Source: Eledone cirrhosa (Eukaryota). Taken from it: a stretch of DNA of 64,000 nucleotides. A program made the position numbers and the translations under genes. The notes under the pieces are model-generated. The model searched no databases. It saw only the letters and a list, made by a program, of their open reading frames with translations, and was not told the DNA's origin. Below, in pieces: positions 57,545-64,000 of the stretch (within the stretch, counting starts at the first letter, position 1; each line of letters starts with the position of its first letter). The stretch is taken from the NCBI GenBank assembly GCA_964016885.1, contig OZ024746.1, positions 14,632,001 to 14,696,000 of the forward strand. The letters run 5' to 3'.

Positions 57545-58075
57545 GGGACTCAAGCTGTTCACCACAAATCAACAATTCTCAGGTACTGGACAAGTGCATG
57601 CATGAGATTTTGTCTCCCTGCATTCATCTCAGACAAGCCTCGTTGACAGCATTTCTATACCTATAAAATCTCCCAGTAGCACTGCTTAGCCCCATAGATT
57701 TCTGGAAAGTATTCATAGACTCTGAATTAAAGGTCCTCCAAAAACAGAACAGCTATTCCAGAGTTTCCCTGAGATCATCATCACTTGTACCCACCACTAA
57801 TTATCTGTAGAACCACAACTGCATTGCCCTATTCACAGAAGGCTGTGAGTGCTTGATGACATTCCTAGTGCCAAGTGCCCTCTCTTGGGCTTCAGCTGAC
57901 CCAGGTTTGCAGCTCTGACAGAGAGATGGGCTGGGGAAAGATGTGTCTGACAAACAGCAGCTACACCTATTTACTGTAAAGGAAATGATGGAGATGTTGC
58001 AGTCACTGTGCATGTTTGTGCACCATCAGCCACAGCATGCCTAGTCCTCCAGGCAATTGACCAAGGTGTTAGAAA
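57545..58075 (-). mobile_element. Possible Tx1/L1-like LINE C-terminal fragment
   Basis: Minus strand: NEACLR*MQGD...HALVQYLRIVDLW, a decayed CxxC...HxxxxC knuckle. Confidence 0.5.
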
Positions 58076-58134
58076 ATAAGTTGGTACTTGTGATCAATTT
58101 TCTGATTGAGGAGATGTAACATCTTGAACAGATC

Positions 58135-58528
58135 CATCCACAAGAGCCTCCATCTAATGCAATTATATAGAGAGTGAGTAAGAAATCTGACACTGGTATG
58201 ACCTTGATCAACTTAGATTAATCCAAAGTTTTTGATAGGGTCAATAATCAGTATTTCATGGCTATCTTGAAAGCAGTTAGTTTCAATCCAGTCTTCAGGG
58301 GATGCATCACTAAAATGTACAGCAACATCTGCTCAATGGTCAGAGTAAATGGTCAACTAACAGGATCCTTCAGTATCATGCACTTGGTTCTTCAAGGTTG
58401 TCCCCTCTTATCTCTTCTATACATACTGACTCTAGAGCCATAACTACAGAAACTAGAGATATTGAGGTGCATCCCTTGCAAACTAGGATGTGGAAGATCT
58501 ATGTCAGCATATGCAGATGACATCACCA
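58135..58528 (+). mobile_element. Tx1/L1-like reverse transcriptase fragment
   Basis: LINLD*SKVFDRV, VRVNGQLT, QGCPLLSLLYIL.LEP, SAYADDIT. Confidence 0.85.
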
Positions 58529-58849
58529 GACAACCACAAAATTGCACACTGTTGTTTGTTATTGTAGATTTAGTGGATGTTGTTACTTTGATGTCATGAA
58601 ATGAAAATATTAGTTTTGAACAAGATTTAAATGCACAATGCTAGTTAATAAGTACATAAAGGCTTATAAAGCAGAAAAGATATAGAAACTGAACGAATCA
58701 AGTCAAATTTAAAAAAGGAAAAAGATATAACAATTGCAATAGACATTCTTTCAATAATTTTCATCATTATTATAAACTTTATATAATGATAAATATGTAA
58801 TGAAAATTATTGTTTTAAGAAATATATAATGAATATGTGAAAATCATAC

Positions 58850-59035
58850 CAGTTAGAGTATTAACTTGTTCCCCTGTTTCTGAATCATACAATATTGCAG
58901 TTCTATCCCAAGATGCAGTAATCACTTGTTCTCCACCAGCCATCCAATCAGCAGCAATGACAACACACATGTGACCATTCAGTTCTACAGCAGGGGTTTT
59001 AACTAAAGCAGCTTCTTGTGATGAGTCAATTCCAT
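58850..59035 (-). CDS. WDR37: WDR37 exon
   Basis: tttag|(D)GIDSSQEAALVKTPAVELNGHMCVVIAADWMAGGEQVITASWDRTAILYDSETGEQVNTLT(G)|gtatga; 186 bp, phase 1 to 1. Confidence 0.96.
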
Positions 59036-60413
59036 CTAAAATAAAATAAAAAGGAACAAAAAAAAAAGATATAACTTAAAGCAGACTAGACTGAAAAAAA
59101 AAGATGATGATGAAAATGCTAATGAGAGAAACAATAAATAGATGTCCAAATTTAGTTATGCTATTCCTAAATAAATAGGAATCTTTTGAAAATGTCAACA
59201 TCTTTCACAATAAGGAAACATTTGTTCACTTTTGGTTTCAAGTAATTAATACAAGGATTAAGGCAGAATCATATCTAGTATTCTACACTATAATTGATCT
59301 TACCATTTGCAAAACAAGTTTCAAAAAGCTACTGCAGCCAACAATTGGTCTCATACTTGAGACAAGATTGCCTTTAGTTTTAACAGGAAATAAAACAGAC
59401 AACTAGTTGAGAATACAGTGATTTTAACTATGAATTCAAAACATGCTAGAGCAAGACATAGACTCTGCAAGCCACATCACAGGCTACCCATCAAGAAGAG
59501 TAGGGACTATGACTAAGAACTGATACAGAGTAAAGGAGACTGTTTGGTCCTCCTCTTATATGATAATCGCTCTAGTGCCAGTGGCATGATAAAACAAACT
59601 CAATACACTCAGCAAAGTCATTGGTGATAGAAATGGCATCCAGCTGTAGAAACCATGCCAAAAATGGAATGAAAAGGCATGACATGGAGTCTGGAAGCTG
59701 CATTGCAGGCTACATGTCTAGAAGAGCAGTAATTTTCAATAAATACTGATACAAGGAGTCATTGGTCCTCTTCACATATTTTAGCACCTCATTTATGTAG
59801 AATATTGAAGTTGGTGGAAACCAGCAAAATGCTGACCTTGAATATGAGCCAACCCACGTTTTACCATTGATTTTTTTTTTTGTCACAATTTTCTCAGCTT
59901 ATATATGAATATATACAGTAAGTGAACTGGTATAAGCAAGTGATGCAAATGAATGATGAATGCTAAGTAAAAAAGAATACCATGCATTGTCAGTGGAAAG
60001 TATCAATTACATTGGGAATAGCTAGGAAGAAATAATTAGATCAGATTTGAGGCTGCTGGGCTCTACAATCAAGATAATGTTGGTTAGAGATGAATTTACA
60101 ATCTGCTGTATGGTAGGGTCATACAATCCAAATCAACAAAGAAAAACATATGTTAAAATGAATTTCAGAGTGAAAATGTGATAAATTATTCAGTGAAAGA
60201 ATAATCTGAATAGAACATCATTATAACCATGATTTTCGAAACTATCATCATCATCACCATCTATTTTCTATACATTCATAGGATTGTCACATTATGAGAC
60301 CAGACAGGAAAGGTGACCCTGTCCTGCTCATGTGATCCATTGGCTTCAGTTGGATACCTTTCCTAATGCCAAGTTAATTATAAATGGTAGGAAGAAAAAT
60401 AAATCTTTCATAC

Positions 60414-60474
60414 CCTCTAATGGATCTTCTTTTTCTGATCCTTCAAGATCATCTTCACCAGATGAATGGGATTT
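60414..60474 (-). CDS. WDR37: WDR37 exon (acidic linker); upstream exons not found in the window
   Basis: tttag|KSHSSGEDDLEGSEKEDPLE(D)|gtatga; matches the SGEDE...S.K.E linker of WDR37; 61 bp, phase 0 to 1. Confidence 0.9.
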
Positions 60475-60917
60475 CTAAAATACACAAGTGAATAAATTGC
60501 TAGTTAATAATTACATAAAGGCTTATAAGGCAGAAAAGCTATAGAAACTGAACAAATCAAGTCAAATTTAAAGAAGGAAAAAGATATCATGACAATTACA
60601 ATAGACATTCTTTCAATAATTTTCATCGTTATTATAAACTTTATTAATTAATCAATATATAAACTTCAAATCAATTTATTCCATCATCTGTAAACAAAGA
60701 AATTTATTACAAAATCAATCATAAACAATAGTTCGTTTATTTTGTTAAATGTTTACATGATTTTTGTATAATTTTACAAATCTGTTGATTTTTTTTTTAA
60801 GAAAATTATTATTTTAGTAGTTTCCACACAAATCTATTCATAACATTCAATAAATTTTAAAATTGATATTAACTAGAAATTATTATATAAAATAGTTCAT
60901 TAATAATAATAAGCAAT

Positions 60918-62160
60918 ATCATCATCGTTTTACATTTATTTTCATAACTTGCATGGGTTAGACAGGTTGTCATATTCTGAGGCAAGACAGATCAGATGCA
61001 TTCCCTTTTGGCATGGTTTCTACGACTGGATACCACTACTACCTGATAGAATGGACAACATGCTCTTTATCATAGCACAAACACTTCCACTTTACAGTGC
61101 AGTGTGGGGTGAGAGCATTTTATCATGGTATTAGCACTACACCATTACAGTTTGGGCTGAATGCATTTTATTGTGGTACACACACTAACACATTGTGACA
61201 CTAGAGTGTTTGTGTTCTCAGCAAGGTTAGCAAGGCAGTGTTAGAGGGGTGAGAGCAGGGGGGCAGGCTATATGTTGCTTGCTGATGAATGCAATGAAAG
61301 GGAGAGGTAATCTTAATGAGTGATGTCTGGTAGTATTTTATGTGGTGCACCTATCTATCGATACTGCCAGCATGATTGAACAAGGAAGTGCAAATTTGTG
61401 GCTGTGATTGGAGAGAGAGTAAGTGTTGAGAAATGGAGGTGGTCTGGAAAAGAGAGAGAGTGAGCAACATCTGGCAGTACATTGTGGAGGTGCATCCATC
61501 TTTCCATGCTGGCATGGATTGGACAGAGGAAGAGGAATCAGGGATGTGAATGGAGTGAAAACTAAAGTGAGGAGGGAGGAATAGATGACAAAGAGATTAA
61601 GTGTACAAATGGGAAGACTAGGTAACGTAGGAAAGTTAGATAGTAAGTGAGGGGGAGATGGCAGGGGCCATATTGGCTGTGGGAGAGGAACCTAAATGTT
61701 ACACCTTTCTGTTTTTTACTCCCATCCTCTCTATGCTCATTTCATTCTGCTTGTATTAAAAAGTGAGTCTTCTGTAGTATGATATATCACCAGCCAACTC
61801 ACTCATGTCATCTCCTTCATAAAGTTCGACTTCGTGAGGTTAACATTTATTACATCATCCCAAGTTTTCCTTGGACTCCCTTTTCTCCAGTTTCCAATAA
61901 CTTTGTACAGCTGTCATCTTCTATACACATTACATTCAATACCAGCACTCTTCTTTCTTCTGCAGTACATCTAATTCTCTTAGTTAGTTAATGCTTCATC
62001 ATTTATGCACACTGCTATTACACATCCATCAGAGCATGCTCACCTCATTTCTCTTCAATCAACACAGATCCCCTACATTCAAGGCCCAAGTTCCACTTCC
62101 TTACAGCATCCCAATTCTCACACAGGTATTATAAAATCTGTCTTTTGTCCTGGGGGGAGA
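60918..62160 (-). mobile_element. Decayed RTE LINE 3' region
   Basis: catcatcgttttac tail at ~60920; RTE 3' UTR motifs; minus-strand TWAL...LKRNEVSML*WMC at ~62020-62100. Confidence 0.65.
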
Positions 62161-62862
62161 GACCCTATATATATATATATAGATAGATAGATAACTGGTG
62201 AACCTACAGTAACTGGACGTTACAATCCTAATCTTTCATCAGAAAGGAAAACAGAAAGAGAGAATTGTTTTGGAGAAAGAAGAAAAAGGAAGGTAAATGA
62301 AAAAATAAGAGAGAAAAAAGCATGCAAAATCATTTGTCAGCTATTTAAGAAGAAAGAACTAGATGGAAGCTGATAAGACTTAGGCCATGGAGAAGATAAG
62401 AAGAAAAAGTGTCATATGTGAAAATATATATGTGTGTGTGTCTGTTGGTCAGTTGAGTGAAGGTATATGATATGTCTTGGATCGTGATATTTTTTAGTAA
62501 GTTTGAGAGTGAGTATATGTTCATGTATGCGTGTGTGTGTTTATGTGTGTGTTTGTGCCTGCATGTGTGTGTGTGTGTGTGTGTGCAAATGAGTTTTGGT
62601 CAGTTGTGTGAAGTCATTATGTGTATGTTGAGGCATGACATTATTTGGAAAAGTTAGTGTGTAACTATGCATGCATACACATACATGCAAACACACACAT
62701 CATCATCATCACAGCTTAACATCTATTTTCCATGCTTGCATGGATTAGACATGTTGTCATATACTGAGGCTGAACAGGTCTTGCTTATACACTCCGTTTC
62801 TACAGCTGGATGCCTTCCCTAATGCCAACCATTTTACAGCAAGTACTGGGAACATTTTAACA

Positions 62863-62903
<41 letters not shown>

Positions 62904-63092
62904 TATATACATATATATGTATTAATTAAATTATTTGTCTCTAATACTTAGCCATCTCAATAAATGGATAAAATATAACTCAGAGAAGAAATTTAACATA
63001 TAAAACTTATGCCAAAATCTCAATTTAGGGGAGTATAAGTCAGACCGACTAAAACAATGAAGTATAAGTCAACAGGTTAGAATTATACAATT

Positions 63093-63151
63093 GCTGTTAT
63101 ATATATTTCGATGTTAACTTTTATGCAACAGTTACGACCTCATCAGACAGC
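63093..63151 (-). ncRNA. Type I hammerhead ribozyme motif on the WDR37 sense strand
   Basis: gctgt-CTGATGA-Ggtcgtaact...agttaacatC-GAAA-tatata-TA-acagc: complete core, 5-bp stem I, imperfect stem II, AUA triplet. Confidence 0.75.
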
Positions 63152-64000
63152 TATTAGTTGAATAGAAATAACGAAAAAGAAATAAAAAATAAAAATTACT
63201 CATGCTGTTTCAATTCATTGATATGTCCCAGGCTGATCATTGATGTTGCTTTCTCAAAGCACCGGTGACATGATTTAGAATAAACAGACTCACAGCATCA
63301 ACACAAAGGGTATACAAGGCCCCTAGTTTTTGGTCAGAGATAATTCCTCGACAATATAACCCAGACATTGTGAATTCCTCAATGGTGCCATGGTCTGAGA
63401 TTGGCTGTCCACTTGTACAGGAATCAGGTCATTTACAGATACTTTAGCAGTAGGAGTTAACCTTAGAAATTGGTTGCTGTGGCAGATGGATTTATCTACA
63501 ACAATAACAACCCATGCTTTATTGATGACGATACCTCAGTTAAATGGGGGGGGGGGGGGGGTAATGGTATTTGGCATCAGTGACCATAGTGGCAGTAATG
63601 ATAATATAATATAACTACTCTAGCCAGTATATACTACAATACAATTAAGTGAAAATTAGTGTTGGCATGTAGAAAATAAAATTAAATTAAATTAAAGTTG
63701 AAGATATATGACTAATAAATAAGTAAAGAATATATCATAAGTGAAAAGTAAGAGTAAATGGTAAACAAGTAGAAACAAAAAGAACAATAAATGAGATGTG
63801 CTAAAAGTACCAAGATTAGACTATGCCAATGCCTAATATATATCACAAAATTGATGATCGTACAGAGATATAAAATATTCTAAAAACAGAGACAAGTAGA
63901 TGTGTGATGTATACAGATTTACGAAATGCCCATCATCAGTGCTGCCAACAAAACCTTCAAAAACAGGAAATCTCTTGAGCCAAACAACATTCCAGCACAT

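Noticed and set aside
63186-63540. Possible further upstream WDR37 exon
   Set aside because: Minus-strand translation shows no match to the expected WD repeat; upstream exons are presumably outside the window.

Overview
AT-rich animal genomic DNA, not prokaryotic. The SINE, RTE and Penelope content and dense (TA)n/(CA)n microsatellites suggest an octopus or other coleoid cephalopod; this is an inference. The only recognisable host gene is the 3' half of WDR37 on the minus strand: six GT-AG exons at 60414-60474, 58850-59035, 57298-57436, 44300-44434, 41878-41992 and 32704-32826. They splice in frame to a stop codon and are all missed by the ORF track. The rest is transposon debris (Penelope-like, RTE, Tx1/L1, R4/Dong-like, CR1-like, maT DD37D, piggyBac-type MITE, tRNA-derived SINEs, Gypsy-like LTRs) and three minisatellites (20-, 28- and 30/33-bp units). 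Most notable: (i) several type I hammerhead ribozyme motifs, including a divergent pair in a 370-bp palindrome and one on the WDR37 sense strand; (ii) a 739-bp element made of two inverted LTRs with a tRNA-Trp PBS; (iii) a 9-kb intronic minisatellite that is stop-free in four of six frames. All alignments were done by eye, and TE boundaries are approximate.
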